Below, piece after piece: positions 21,060-32,006 of a stretch of 64,000 nt of DNA (positions are counted from its first letter, which is position 1; each line of letters opens with the position of its first letter). The DNA lies in assembly GCA_963675595.2 (NCBI GenBank), contig CAXXLZ010000001.1, forward strand, positions 96,001-160,000, in the 5' to 3' direction. Below the pieces are notes generated by a model. The model was given only the letters and a program-made list of their open reading frames with translations, had not been told where the DNA came from and ran no database searches. This stretch comes from Thermodesulfobacteriota bacterium. GTDB lineage: Bacteria; Desulfobacterota; Desulfarculia; JACQYL01. A program made the translations under genes and the position numbers.

Positions 21060-22586
21060 ATGAACCAGGGAAAAGTTTTTCTCGTGGGCGCCGGACCCGG
21101 AGACCCGGAGCTGATCACCCTGAAAGCGGCGAGGCGGCTTCGGCAGGCGGACGTGGTGGTCTACGACTACCTGGCCAATCCGCGCATCATGGAACATGCG
21201 CCTCCTTCGGCGGAGCGGATTTACGTGGGCAAGCAGGCCGGTGATCACACCATGGTGCAGGAAGACATCAATGCGCTTCTGGTGCGCCTGGCGGAAGAAG
21301 GGAAGACGGTGGTGCGCCTGAAAGGCGGCGACCCCTATGTGTTCGGCAGGGGAGGAGAGGAGGCCGCGGCTCTTCACGCCAAAGGGCTTTCCTTCGAAGT
21401 GGTGCCCGGCATCACTTCCGCCATCGCGGCCCCGGCTTTCGCCGGAATTCCGGTGACGGACCGTCGACTCGCATCGAGCGTGGCCTTCATCACGGGACAC
21501 GAGGACCCCGGCAAGTCCGAATCCAGCATGCATTGGGACGCCCTGGCCCAAGGGGTGGATACCCTGGTGTTTCTCATGGGCATGAAGAACCTGCCGGACA
21601 TCGCCCGACGACTGGTGGAGGAGGGCCGTTCTCCGCAAACACCGGCCGCCGTGGTGCATCGCGGCGCGTCGCCGCAGCAGAAGACCGTGGTGGGCACCCT
21701 GAGCGACATCGTGGAGAAGAGCCGCGAAGCGGGCATGAAGGCCCCGAGCGTGGTGGTGGTGGGAGACGTGGTTTCCCTGCGGGACCGATTGGAATGGTAC
21801 GAGTCCCGTCCGTTGTTCGGCAAAACCATCGTGGTTACCCGCGCCCGAGCCCAGGCGAGTGTGTTCCTGGAACAGCTCGAAGAACTGGGCGCCCGGTGCA
21901 TCTCCTTTCCCACCATCGAAACCCGGCCGCCGTCCTCGTGGGACGAAGCGGATCAGGCGATCCGGTCCATTTCCCAATATGACTGGGTCTTGTTCACCAG
22001 TACCAACGGCGCGGACTATTTCCTGGACAGGCTGAAAGTGTTGGGGGAGGACGTACGCGCCCTGAAAGGCATTTCTCTGGGCGCCATCGGTCCGGCCACG
22101 GCGGAGGCGCTGGAGGCGAGGGGCCTGCGCGTGGATTTCGTCCCCTCCGAATATCGGGCCGAAGGCATCATCGACGAGTTGTCTCCCAAGTTGACTCCCG
22201 GCACCCGCATCCTCATTCCCAGAGCGCTTAAGGCCAGAGAAGTGCTGCCGGAAAAGCTCGCCGAGGCCGGTGCGTCGGTTCACGTGGTGCCCGCCTATGA
22301 AACGGTGCTTCCCTCGGAACGCGCAGGTGAGGTCGAGGCCCTGTTCGAGGCTCGTGAAATCGACATGGTGACGTTCACCTCGTCCAGCACGGTGACCAAC
22401 TTCCTGCAGATGTTCGAGGGCGACCGGGGCGCGGAACTCCTGAGCGGCGTGGTCGTGGCCTGTATCGGGCCGGTGACCGCGGAAACCGCGAAAAAGCACG
22501 GCATTTCCACCGGCGTTCAGCCGGATGAATACACCATCGACGCCCTGACGGCGTCCATTGCGGCATTCTATTCGAAACCTTCTTGA
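21060..22586 (+). CDS. cobA: Uroporphyrinogen-III C-methyltransferase / synthase fusion (CobA-HemD)
   Basis: LVGAGPGDPELITLK, RLKGGDPYVFGRGGEE, then VVTRAR..FTSTNG..FTSSSTV HemD domain. Confidence 0.93.
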   Translation: MNQGKVFLVGAGPGDPELITLKAARRLRQADVVVYDYLANPRIMEHAPPSAERIYVGKQAGDHTMVQEDINALLVRLAEEGKTVVRLKGGDPYVFGRGGEEAAALHAKGLSFEVVPGITSAIAAPAFAGIPVTDRRLASSVAFITGHEDPGKSESSMHWDALAQGVDTLVFLMGMKNLPDIARRLVEEGRSPQTPAAVVHRGASPQQKTVVGTLSDIVEKSREAGMKAPSVVVVGDVVSLRDRLEWYESRPLFGKTIVVTRARAQASVFLEQLEELGARCISFPTIETRPPSSWDEADQAIRSISQYDWVLFTSTNGADYFLDRLKVLGEDVRALKGISLGAIGPATAEALEARGLRVDFVPSEYRAEGIIDELSPKLTPGTRILIPRALKAREVLPEKLAEAGASVHVVPAYETVLPSERAGEVEALFEAREIDMVTFTSSSTVTNFLQMFEGDRGAELLSGVVVACIGPVTAETAKKHGISTGVQPDEYTIDALTASIAAFYSKPS

Positions 22587-22598
22587 TTTCAGAAACCT

Positions 22599-23873
22599 AT
22601 GGAATCCTACGACGCACTTTTGAATTGGGCATACGATCTGCAGAAGTTCGGTATCAAGCTCGGATTGTCGAGCACGGAAAATCTTCTCCGACAATTGGGC
22701 GACCCCCATGTGGGGCTTCCTTCCATTCACGTGGGCGGCACCAACGGCAAAGGGTCCGTATCGGCCATGGTGCAGGCCGTACTGGACGAAGCCGGCTACC
22801 GGGTCGGGTTCTATTCCTCGCCCCACCTGGTGGATTTTGAAGAACGTTTTCGCATCGGAGCGGTGAACTGCTCCAAGGAACGGGTCAGAGACCTCATGGC
22901 CCGGGTCAAGGCCGTGTGTCACCCCAAGGAACCGCCCACCTTTTTCGAATTCACCACAGCCATGGCCTTCCTCTATTTCCGGGAGGAAAACACGGACCTG
23001 GCCATCATGGAAGTGGGTCTCGGCGGGCGTTTGGACTCCACCAACGTGGTGAATCCCTTGGTCACGGTCATCACGAACATTTCCCTCGAACACCAGGAAT
23101 ACCTGGGCGACACCTTGGAGGCCATTGCCTACGAAAAAGCGGGCATCATCAAAAGGGGCGTTCCCGTGGTATCCGCCGCGGTGCAACCGGAGGTGATCCG
23201 GCTGTTCGAACAAACCTGTTCGCGGGTGGGGACCAAACTGCATCTGTTGGGCCGGGACTTCTCCATTTCCCCCAATGGAGCCGGCTTCGGGTTCCACGGT
23301 TTCGGACTTTCCATGGACGGCCTGGTTCCCGCACTGGCCGGACCCGTCCAGCAGAAGAACACGGCTTTGGCCGTGTCCGTGCTCCAACTGCTCAAGTCCT
23401 ACGGGTTCCAGGTGGATGAGTCCGAGATGCGATTGGGCCTGGGCAAGGTTCAGTGGCCCGGAAGGTTTCAGCGAATCGCCTCCGACCCCACCGTGGTGGT
23501 GGACGGGGCTCATAACGTGGGGGCCCTCGAGGCGCTGCGCGACACCCTTGCCGCCGAATTTTCCAACGTGCCTGTGATTCTCGTGTTGGGCATCATGCAC
23601 GACAAGGACATTGCCGCCATGATCCGGACCATCGCGCCTTCGGCTCATGAGATCATCTGCACCCGACCCGCGTATTCCCGCGCGGCGGAACCCGAAGTAC
23701 TCGCCGAACACGCCGGCAAAGTCCATTCTCGCGTGTCCCTGGTACACGACCTGAAATCCGCCGTGGAAACCGCCAAACGCCGGGCCGCGGACACCGGAGG
23801 CGTGGCCGTGGTGGCCGGCTCCCTGTTCACCGTTGGAGAAACCCTGGCCCTGCATCGGGAAGGGAAACTGTAA
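22599..23873 (+). CDS. folC: Folylpolyglutamate synthase / dihydrofolate synthase
   Basis: HVGGTNGKGS, SSPHL, EVGLGGRLDSTN, WPGRF, DGAHN. Confidence 0.95.
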   Translation: MESYDALLNWAYDLQKFGIKLGLSSTENLLRQLGDPHVGLPSIHVGGTNGKGSVSAMVQAVLDEAGYRVGFYSSPHLVDFEERFRIGAVNCSKERVRDLMARVKAVCHPKEPPTFFEFTTAMAFLYFREENTDLAIMEVGLGGRLDSTNVVNPLVTVITNISLEHQEYLGDTLEAIAYEKAGIIKRGVPVVSAAVQPEVIRLFEQTCSRVGTKLHLLGRDFSISPNGAGFGFHGFGLSMDGLVPALAGPVQQKNTALAVSVLQLLKSYGFQVDESEMRLGLGKVQWPGRFQRIASDPTVVVDGAHNVGALEALRDTLAAEFSNVPVILVLGIMHDKDIAAMIRTIAPSAHEIICTRPAYSRAAEPEVLAEHAGKVHSRVSLVHDLKSAVETAKRRAADTGGVAVVAGSLFTVGETLALHREGKL

Positions 23874-23887
23874 GTTCCGCAGTTAAG

Positions 23888-23940
23888 GAGTATCCGGAGA
23901 AACCTTTTGAGAAAGGTTCCCGGGACCCCTTGTAAAACTT
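23888..23940. repeat. REP-like palindromic repeat, uninterrupted copy
   Basis: TCCGGAGAAACCTTTTGAGAAAGGTTCCCGGGACCCCTTGTAAAACTT. Confidence 0.65.
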
Positions 23941-24052
23941 GTCGAACGGGCTGCTCGCTTCCGCTTCGCAACCGGTTTCGGATCACGGGACATTTCGTCC
24001 GATCTTTCAACCCTCCCGTGGAATCTCTCCCAATTCGAGCCACTGCATCCCT

Positions 24053-24079
24053 GTAGGGGCGGACCACCGTGTCCGCCCT
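24053..24079 (+). repeat. GTAG-type REP palindrome
   Basis: GTAG-GGGCGGAC-caccgt-GTCCGCCC. Confidence 0.5.
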
Positions 24080-25135
24080 GAAAGTCTGTATGCATGTCTT
24101 CACCAGAAGACCCTATCGCAGCAACTCCACTAACGCACCTGGGAACGCCGAGCCCCAGCTCGGCACCCACACCTCACACTGCCGGGCTGAAACAAGGAGA
24201 TATGGACTACTTGACTCCAACTCCGCTTGAGCAGAGTAGGTGCTTCCAAGTCAACAGCCAGCCTTTCCCATGAAATCGCCCCCAAAAATGACGGGAATTA
24301 CCAATTGACGGTACCCACCTTTTTGAACATAAGATGAAAATGAGGGATTGCCCTCTTTCCTCGAAAAATCGACCCGACACCGTCAGCTCGCCGCAAGCCG
24401 GAGGCGCTGCCCCCAGGTGACCTCAAACGCCAACCTGCTTTCGCCCTCTTGCGGAGAATGAAGGAGTCATCGATTTACGTAGACGGCAGGAATCGAAAGG
24501 AGTCCGATGGGGCCTGCTTTCGTACGGAAGAAAGGTTGGACAGGGAAGAAGTACGGCTATCGCAGGCAAGGTGAAACCTGCGTGTCGTACCGATCTGTAT
24601 CGGATATTGTGTTTCCGTCTGCTTCTGAAATATTGACCACTCAGACCAAGCCGTTGTTCGCCTCGGCTCCAACCGATCTCTTTCGTCTGGTTCCTATGCA
24701 GTTGATGCCCACAGAAATTATTTAGGGATTCATTTTGTATAGTTGCCTGAAGTGTGTCTCAAGCCTAAAGCATGTATTGTTGAGTTGCGAAAATGCACTA
24801 AATGGGCTTGAAAAATGAGTGGCTTACGTCGATGAGCATTCGTGAAATGGAAAGTGTATCAAAATATGTAACAAATTATATTTATTATCATATATGAATA
24901 ATTTCATGCGATCTACTGAATTTAATTCCGCCTTCTGCATAGAAATATGTCAAACAAAGCTTTTATAGAACAATAATGAGCATGCACCATACAAAAATCA
25001 CTGTGAGACTTCAATTATAACTAAGGATCAAGCCATGGATAAGATTGTCGAAAGCTTCATTGAAGATTTCAAAAATGATTTTGGCTTTGGTGAACTCAAT
25101 AAAAGCAAGCTATTTGAACATTTTATAAATTATAG

Positions 25136-26685
25136 CTAGAGTTTAGAGTCTGGCGACCCTTGGTATAGGAAAAATGCGAATAAAGACAACAAAGTACTTG
25201 ACATTGCCGCGCGGATGCGCGGCCGCCTTTGGCGGCCCTTTAAGGAAAGAAACCTTTCCTTGGGGGTCAACCAATGGATTCGACGGCTCAAGCACTTATG
25301 CTCCTATCGCAGTGGATTTCCTTTCTATTTCAGGCCGTTCCGTGCAGAATAGCTCCGACTCTTCTGGAACTCCTGATGGGATGTATGGTCTGCCGCGGCG
25401 GCCATATTTCTTCCGCGCTTCTGGCCGTTCGGCCCCAGTTGTCCTGGACCGCCTATTACAAGGCCATCGAAAAGGGCCGATTCCAATGGCTTGCGCTAGC
25501 CCGGCAATGGATGCGCCTGATCCTGAAACGGATTCCAAACCGATCCATCGAGTTCGCCATAGACGACTTCCCTTTGCCCAGATCGTCCAAGAAAGCTCCC
25601 TGCGCCGGTTGGCATTACGATCACGCGCACCGGCCCAACCGCCCCAAATTCCTGTGGGGACAGCTTCGGGTTTCTCTGGCTGTCATCTGCCGCCACAAGG
25701 GCCGGGTAGCCGCGTTTCCCCTCTTGTTTCGGCTCATCCGCAAAAAAGGGAACACCACCAAACTGGACGCGGCGCGGCTCTTGATGTCCGTTCTCATGAC
25801 TTGGCTGCCGGATCGCTTTCTCATTATTCTGCTGCTCGATGCCTGGTATATGAAAAGCTCCCTGGTGGTTCCCCTGATTCGCGATGGTGTGACGGTCATC
25901 GGCCAAGTCCGCAAAGATACCGCCCTGTTTTTGCCTCCGGACAATCCGCCTCGGAAGAAACGGGGCAGACCCAGAAAGTATGGGGAAAAACTCACGTTGG
26001 AAAACATCGGACGATTCTGTCGTCCGGTGGAGAAAACCCTCTTTGCCTACGGCTCGGAACGAGTTTTCCAGTTCTACCAAACCAAAGCCAAAGTCCGCTT
26101 CCTGGACGGCCGGTTGTGCAAGATCGTGTGGTGCCGGTTTATGTCCGACAACCCCTCTTGGTCCGATTGGCATCTTCTGATCAGTACCGATCCCGACATG
26201 GACGGCGCGGAAGTGATTACACGCTATGCACGACGATGGTGGACCGAGCCCATGTTCAACGAGATCAAGCACCTGTTCGGACTGAAAAATGCTTGGCAGC
26301 AGACACGGCAGACATTGGCTCGATGGAGCATGATCTTGTGCCTGGCCTACGGCTTGCCACGGCTCTTGGCGCTCTGCCTGGGTCCCAACGCGGCCTATAC
26401 GATGTTTCCAATCCCTTGGAGAAAGAACAGGCCCGCCACCGCCGGCGGGATGGCCGCAGCCATCGGTCGTCTTTTCGGCAACTTAAACGTGCGAGCCATG
26501 TGGAACCGGAAATCCAAAAAATTCCAACCGGAATTCACCGATTCTCCGGAAGACTTGGGGCGCGCTGCCTGATATCCGTGTTCAGTCAATCATCTCAAAG
26601 CCTTACGTCAACGGTATTCAACCCGTCTTGGAGAACTATGCTCTTCTATACAAACTTGGCTGCCCCGCATGGCTCTAAACTCTAG
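25136..26685 (+). mobile_element. IS701-like (IS4 superfamily DDE) insertion sequence
   Basis: 13-bp terminal IRs CTAGAGTTTAGAG/CTCTAAACTCTAG; 10-bp target duplication TAAATTATAG (25126-25135, 26686-26695). Confidence 0.9.
25274..26572 (+). CDS. DDE transposase (IS701-like)
   Basis: AIDD, LLDAWY, YARRWWTEPMFNEIK (YREK-like). Confidence 0.88.
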   Translation: MDSTAQALMLLSQWISFLFQAVPCRIAPTLLELLMGCMVCRGGHISSALLAVRPQLSWTAYYKAIEKGRFQWLALARQWMRLILKRIPNRSIEFAIDDFPLPRSSKKAPCAGWHYDHAHRPNRPKFLWGQLRVSLAVICRHKGRVAAFPLLFRLIRKKGNTTKLDAARLLMSVLMTWLPDRFLIILLLDAWYMKSSLVVPLIRDGVTVIGQVRKDTALFLPPDNPPRKKRGRPRKYGEKLTLENIGRFCRPVEKTLFAYGSERVFQFYQTKAKVRFLDGRLCKIVWCRFMSDNPSWSDWHLLISTDPDMDGAEVITRYARRWWTEPMFNEIKHLFGLKNAWQQTRQTLARWSMILCLAYGLPRLLALCLGPNAAYTMFPIPWRKNRPATAGGMAAAIGRLFGNLNVRAMWNRKSKKFQPEFTDSPEDLGRAA

Positions 26686-27270
26686 TAAATTATAGCTTAA
26701 TTTCAAAAATTGAAAAAGATAGATCAATTATAGAGACTATTAATGTTGGTGGTAGTAACAATCCAGGAATAGATGGTTTAGCAATAATAGTTAATGACCA
26801 TTTAGTTAATTCGCAAGAAGAAGTTGAATATTTCTACGATATTTTGGATAGGCTTGACGTTGAATTTATTTTTATACAATCAAAAACTTCAGACAAATTT
26901 GAAATGTCTGAAATCAATAATTTCATTTTCTCAGTTAAAAATTTCTTTTCTGAAGCTACGTTAAAATTTGAAGATCAAGTACTAAATTTAAGAGATTTGA
27001 AAGAGTTCATATATAAAAAGAGTATAAAGATGGATAAAAGCCCATCACTTAAACTATACTATGCTGCGTGTGGTACTTGGAAAAACGATCAAAATATTAC
27101 TTCATTAATCGAATCAGGAGAGAAAGAGCTAAAGGATACAGGATTATTCAACTCAGTTTCGATTTCTATTATCGACACAGAAAGAATTAAGAAACTATAC
27201 CCCTCTGTGCCAATGAGAGTGAGACACCTACCCGTTGATAAATTAGTGTAGGGCGGGTAGGAGATGGAGC

Positions 27271-27762
27271 ATGATGAGGCACAGAGAGAAAGAGAATCCG
27301 GATGAGGGAATCGTGGTAACGGAGGGAGTCCGTAGGACGACCGGAGTTACCACGATCGGGAAGCACGTCACGGTCCCCGACCCGGAGGTTCCAGAGAAGA
27401 AGCCTCGTCGCAGATTTACAGCCCGGTACAAGCTGAGAATCCTGGAGGAAGCCGATGCGTGTACTGAACCGGGCCGGCTCGGGGCTCTACTTCGGCGAGA
27501 AGGCCTGTATTCTTCGAGTCTGGCGACATGGCGTAGACAACGTGACCAGGGGCAGTTGAGGGCGCTTGGGCCAAAGAAGCGAGGCCGGAAGCCCAAGCAG
27601 AAGAACCCTATGGCAGAGCGGGTGGCCCGGCTTGAAAGGGAGAACCGCCGTCTCGAGAATCAACTGAAACAGGCGCGAACCATCATCGAAGTTCAAAAAA
27701 AAATCTCGGAGATACTGGGGATCGCTCAGCCGGACCTGGACGACGACGGGAGCAGTTCATGA
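27271..27762 (+). CDS. IS3-family OrfA
   Basis: RRRFTARYKLRIL HTH plus coiled coil; A-run near 27695-27703 is a candidate frameshift site. Confidence 0.85.
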   Translation: MMRHREKENPDEGIVVTEGVRRTTGVTTIGKHVTVPDPEVPEKKPRRRFTARYKLRILEEADACTEPGRLGALLRREGLYSSSLATWRRQRDQGQLRALGPKKRGRKPKQKNPMAERVARLERENRRLENQLKQARTIIEVQKKISEILGIAQPDLDDDGSSS

Positions 27763-28754
27763 GCGCGGCGATGGAGCTGCGCACCGAGGTGGGAACCGTG
27801 CAGGCATGTGGAGCCATGGGCCTGCCCCGTGCGAGTTTCTATCGCCGCCTGAAGCCGGCGGCGGCCCGCACACCTCGGCCGGCGCCTCCCTTGGCTCTGA
27901 ACCCCCAGGAGCGGGAAACCGTGGTCGATCTGCTTAACAGCTCCCGTTTTCAGGATGATGCTCCCCGTCAGGTCTTTGCCGTCTTGCTCGATGAAGGACA
28001 GTACTACTGCTCTATCCGGACCATGTACCGGATTCTCAAAGCGGAATCCGGTGATGTCAAAGAGCGAAGAAAGCAGGCGCGGCGGCCTGTCTATAAAAAG
28101 CCCGAGTTGCTTGCGACCGGACCCAACAAAGTGTGGTCCTGGGATATTACGAAGCTAAAAGGGCCTGTGAAGTGGACCTATTTCCATCTTTACGTGATCA
28201 TGGACATCTTCAGCCGCTACGTGGTCGGCTGGATGGTGGCCCATCGGGAAAGCGCCGCTTTGGCCAGGCAACTCATCGAAGAGACGTGCTTCAAGCAGGA
28301 TATCAAGTCCGGCCAACTCATCATCCATGCGGATCGAGGCCCGGCGATGAAAGCGAAGTCCGTAGCCGAGTTCATGGGAGACCTTGGAGTGACCAAGACC
28401 CACAGCCGACCCTATGTCAGCAATGATAACCCCTACTCGGAGGCGCAGTTTAAAACCCTCAAGTATTGCCCGAAATTCCCGAAACGGTTTGGATCAATCC
28501 AGGATGCCCGGTCTTTCTGCCGGGAGTTCTTCTCCTGGTACAACCCCGAGCATCGGCATTCAGGCATCGGGTTGGTCACACCCGAACAGCTCCATTACGG
28601 ACTCGCCCAGGACATTGTAGCGTGTCGCAGCCAAGTTCTTCGGGCTGCCTTCCGGAGCAACCCCAACCGTTTCAAAGGAAAGGTGCCACAGCCGCCAAAA
28701 TTGCCCAAGGCCGCGTGGATCAACAAACCGTCGAGCGATGACGTGAGAGTCTAA
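27759..28754 (+). CDS. IS3-family OrfB (integrase-core DDE)
   Basis: WSWDIT, DIFSRYVVGW, HADRG, DNPYSEAQFKTLK. Confidence 0.9.
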   Translation: MSAAMELRTEVGTVQACGAMGLPRASFYRRLKPAAARTPRPAPPLALNPQERETVVDLLNSSRFQDDAPRQVFAVLLDEGQYYCSIRTMYRILKAESGDVKERRKQARRPVYKKPELLATGPNKVWSWDITKLKGPVKWTYFHLYVIMDIFSRYVVGWMVAHRESAALARQLIEETCFKQDIKSGQLIIHADRGPAMKAKSVAEFMGDLGVTKTHSRPYVSNDNPYSEAQFKTLKYCPKFPKRFGSIQDARSFCREFFSWYNPEHRHSGIGLVTPEQLHYGLAQDIVACRSQVLRAAFRSNPNRFKGKVPQPPKLPKAAWINKPSSDDVRV

Positions 28755-30203
28755 TTTCTGAAAACAGGTGTCTCATTTTCATTGACACATTCCGTACAGA
28801 GAAATTAAGCATAAAATTACAAAAGAAATATATTTAGACAAACATACAATTTTACCAAAAATTGAGGGGGTCACTGAGTCTTATATTGGATATCTCCCTG
28901 TCCATGAATTTCTAAAGTTAGTTACTGACGAAGACGAGGAATTACTAAAAAGTGTTTTTTACGACAATGTGCGTGACTTCCAAGGTTTTAACTATGTAAA
29001 TAAGGAAATTAAAAACTCAGTTGAAAACACACAGTTAAATGACAAGTTTGTGCTTTTGAATAATGGAATAACAGTTGTAGCAAAAAGCGTCAACAAAGTT
29101 GGGACGGCATTTAAAGTAAACGATTTTCAAATTGTAAACGGATGTCAAACAAGCCATGTGTTGTATTACCTTAGAGAGAAGGTATCTGAAAGTTTGCAAA
29201 TACCGCTTAAATTGATTGTCACAGATAATCCAGATGTAACAAATAACATTATCAAGGCAACAAATCAACAAACAGAAGTCAAAAAAGAAGCTTTTGAAAT
29301 ACTATCACCATTCCATAAAAAAATCGAAGAGTTTTATTTGGCTTTTGAAAAGGAAGACAATAAGCGAATTTATTATGAAAGACGTTCAAAGCAATACGAC
29401 AATTCTAAAATTAATAGGATGTATATTATCACACTATCAACACAAATTTCGTCCTTTATTGCAATGTTTCTTAACGAGCCGCATAGTACGAAAAGGTATT
29501 TTGGCGAGCTGTTGCGGGCCTACAAAAATAGACTTTTTCAGGAAGATCACTCACCTTACCCATATTACACATCAGGGTTAGCATTCTATGTATTAGAAAC
29601 CTTTTATCGTGATAGAATTTTAGATCAGAAATTTAAACAGTTTAAACACCATCTATTAATGCTATTCAGGATAAAAGTCACAGGTGAAAAAATGCCACCT
29701 TTTTCAAGCAAGAAAATAGAAAGTTATTGTAATGAGCTTCTTAATATCCTATGGGATCGTAACAAAGCAAAAATGATATTCATTGAATTAGAAGGTGTAC
29801 TAACAAATACGTTTAACAAGTCAAAACTATTGAAACGACAAGCGCATGTTCTCCGATCATTCACAGAAGAATTAATACCTTCCTTGAAGTCTTGCAAGAA
29901 GATTGGGTCTGTTATTTATTATAATGATCTAAAAGGGTATGGATTTATCAGAATTGATGACGACCAAGATGATATATTTGTCCATGTATCTGAAGTCGAG
30001 CGTTCACTAAATCGCTCACATTTAAAAAATGGAGAAAAAATTAAATTCAGTATAATTGATACATACAAAGGGCCGCAGGCTAAGGAATTAGAAACATAAT
30101 AAATGTGTTAAAAAATAGGATAAGCACCCATTGTAGCTTATAATTCGGTTTCTAATATCAATGATAATAATGCAAGAAGCCTTAACTTAGGTCGATCGTA
30201 ATT

Positions 30204-30455
30204 TTGGAGCTGGTAAATATGAGAAAAAATGTATTTGTTTACATTTCGTCTGGAATTATTTTATTAATAGTTTTCATTATTACTGTTATCCCAACAATTA
30301 TTGGTGGATCGGAATTTCTTTATAATGAGGGATCTCTGAGAATATTATATGCAGCAATTAGTTTAGCGGTAGCAATGATTACATTTGGGGTCTTGGGCGA
30401 TTCCGGCGCATTGGTTAAATTCCAGCGACAAAAAGGAACTTTGACGAGTTCGTAA
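30204..30455 (+). pseudogene. Low-GC membrane protein fragment, probably truncated at ~30440 by a mobile-element end
   Basis: Two hydrophobic helices; frame ends just after TTGACGAGTTCGTAAAAA. Confidence 0.45.
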
Positions 30456-30751
30456 AAACCCCTTAACGAATTTATATAGCTGAAAACATAAGTAAAAATG
30501 GTATTTAAGGGTCGACTTCCTTCTTGGGCCTTGTATAATAAGCATCTGACAGGAGTTTAAGAGTTACCTGAGCAGAATAGTCTATAAGGGCTGTAAAAGC
30601 GGTAAGTTACGTTCTGAAAGTTTGTAAGACCCCACCGTCGTTCATCTGGAAACCGAAGGCGTGCAGGATTTGGGCCTGGATGTCGTTCGGTTGTTCGATC
30701 ATGCGGAGGGGTTTTCGTTTTGCCGGACTGAAGCAGAGGCAGGAGTGGAGT
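30440..30751 (-). mobile_element. 3' remnant of a transposase (IS1634-like C-terminus) cut by the adjacent IS3
   Basis: Minus-strand tail ..RMIEQPNDIQAQILHAFG..* stops at 30607 and begins abruptly at the IS3 boundary; family is inference. Confidence 0.45.
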
Positions 30752-30825
30752 TGGAATGCCCCCCGATAATTGGTCCATGTATAATGAGAGTCTGAATGCC
30801 CAAAGAACGGAAGGAGACTTTTTGC

Positions 30826-31107
30826 ATGGCCAAGAGAAAGAGACACAGCGCGGAGCAAATCATCCGGAAACTTGAAGACGCGGACCGTCGTCTGACGGCA
30901 GGGCAGACGATAGCGCAGGTTTGCCAATCGCTGGAGGTGAGCGAGGCGACGTACCACCGGTGGCGAAACCAGTATGGGGGGATGAAGGCTGAGGAGGCCA
31001 AACGGCTAAAAGAACTGGAAAAGGAAAATGCACGCTTAAAAAAGCTGGTCGCCGATCTGATGTTGGACAAGGCAATGCTGAAGGATCTTGCGGAGGGAAA
31101 CTTCTAA
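30826..31107 (+). CDS. IS407-group OrfA
   Basis: KRHSAEQIIRKL..SEATYHRWRNQYGGM..RLKELEKENARLKKLVA. Confidence 0.9.
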   Translation: MAKRKRHSAEQIIRKLEDADRRLTAGQTIAQVCQSLEVSEATYHRWRNQYGGMKAEEAKRLKELEKENARLKKLVADLMLDKAMLKDLAEGNF

Positions 31108-32006
31108 GCCCGGCGCGTCGTAGGAAAGCGGTTGATTATGTTCGAAGTGAACATGCCGCTTCAGAGCGTCGGGCCTGCCGCGTAGCCGGTCAACACCGAT
31201 CCACCCAACGTTATGAGCCGAAGGAACGGGACGATGAGGTGGAACTGATCAAGGCTCTTCACCGGTTGGTTGGAGAACATCCCCGTTTTGGATGCCGTAG
31301 GATCACTCGGCTGCTGCGTGATGCGGGGTGGGCGGTAAACTACAAGCGAATTCATAGACTTTGGAAAGAGGAAGGATTCAAGGTACCTCGAAAAGCCAAG
31401 AAGAAACGCTTCCTGGGAGTTGATGCCAATGCGTGCAACAAGCGTAAGGCGGCTTTTGCAAATGATGTCTGGACGTTGGATTTCATTCATGACCGCTTGG
31501 TCGACGGCCGTCAGTTCAAGTGCTTGGCCATTGTCGACGAGTTTACTCGGGAAAACCTGGCCCTGAGGATCAACCGCTCCATTACGGGTGAAGACGTTTT
31601 GAACGAGCTGAGCCGATTGATGGGCGAGCGGGGAGTTCCAACGGGCATTCGATCGGATAACGGTCCCGAATTTATAGCCCAAAAGGTGAGAAACTGGCTG
31701 AAAGACCTGGGAGTGGGAACCCTTTTCGTCGAGCCGGGAGCCCCTTGGCAGAACGGGTACGTGGAAAGTTTCAACAGCCGTTTTCGGGATGAATTCTTGA
31801 ACATGGAAATTTTCAACAACATCAAGGAAGCGCAGACTCTGGCCGCCAAATGGCGGAAAGCCTATAACGAGGAAAGACCGCACAGTGCATTGAATTACAT
31901 GACCCCGGCCCAGTTCGCGGCGAGCCCTTGGGGCCTCGACTCCGCCTCGCTCAGCTCGGCTTCGCCGAGGCCCCAAGGGCCGGGGATGGAAAACCGCGAG
32001 TCATGA
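31104..32006 (+). CDS. IS407-group OrfB (probably expressed by -1 frameshift)
   Basis: WTLDF, IVDEFTRE, RSDNGPEF, PWQNGYVESFN; GGGAAACTTCTAAG frameshift region. Start approximate. Confidence 0.85.
   Translation, partial: LSPARRRKAVDYVRSEHAASERRACRVAGQHRSTQRYEPKERDDEVELIKALHRLVGEHPRFGCRRITRLLRDAGWAVNYKRIHRLWKEEGFKVPRKAKKKRFLGVDANACNKRKAAFANDVWTLDFIHDRLVDGRQFKCLAIVDEFTRENLALRINRSITGEDVLNELSRLMGERGVPTGIRSDNGPEFIAQKVRNWLKDLGVGTLFVEPGAPWQNGYVESFNSRFRDEFLNMEIFNNIKEAQTLAAKWRKAYNEERPHSALNYMTPAQFAASPWGLDSASLSSASPRPQGPGMENRES

Larger units (their letters stand above)
27201..28794 (+). mobile_element. IS3-family insertion sequence
   Basis: IRs TGTGCCAATGAGAGTGAGACACCT (from 27206) / AGGTGTCTCATTTTCATTGACACA (to 28789); 3-bp duplication TAC lies 5 bp outside each IR. 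Confidence 0.88.
25035..30099 (+). pseudogene. AIPR-family protein with C-terminal cold-shock domain, interrupted by two IS elements
   Basis: 25035-25135 + 26696-27200 + 28798-30099 join in frame (635 aa): LFEHFINY, GIDGLAII, FIQSKTS, FYDNVRDFQG, LNNGITVV, QIVNGCQTS, ATNQQT, YYERRSKQY; C-term KGYGFI..DIFVHVS..KGPQA. Confidence 0.88.

Noticed and set aside
20937-23855. Very long antisense ORFs (972 aa here; also 15038-17227 and 51773-53347)
   Set aside because: Shadow frames of real high-GC genes on the opposite strand.
24420-24725. Short ORFs at the left edge of the low-GC island
   Set aside because: No recognisable motifs or RBS; at most a decayed fragment.
25174-26685. 503-aa ORF overlapping the IS701-like transposase
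   Set aside because: Alternative frame without DDE motifs; 25274-26572 carries the catalytic residues.
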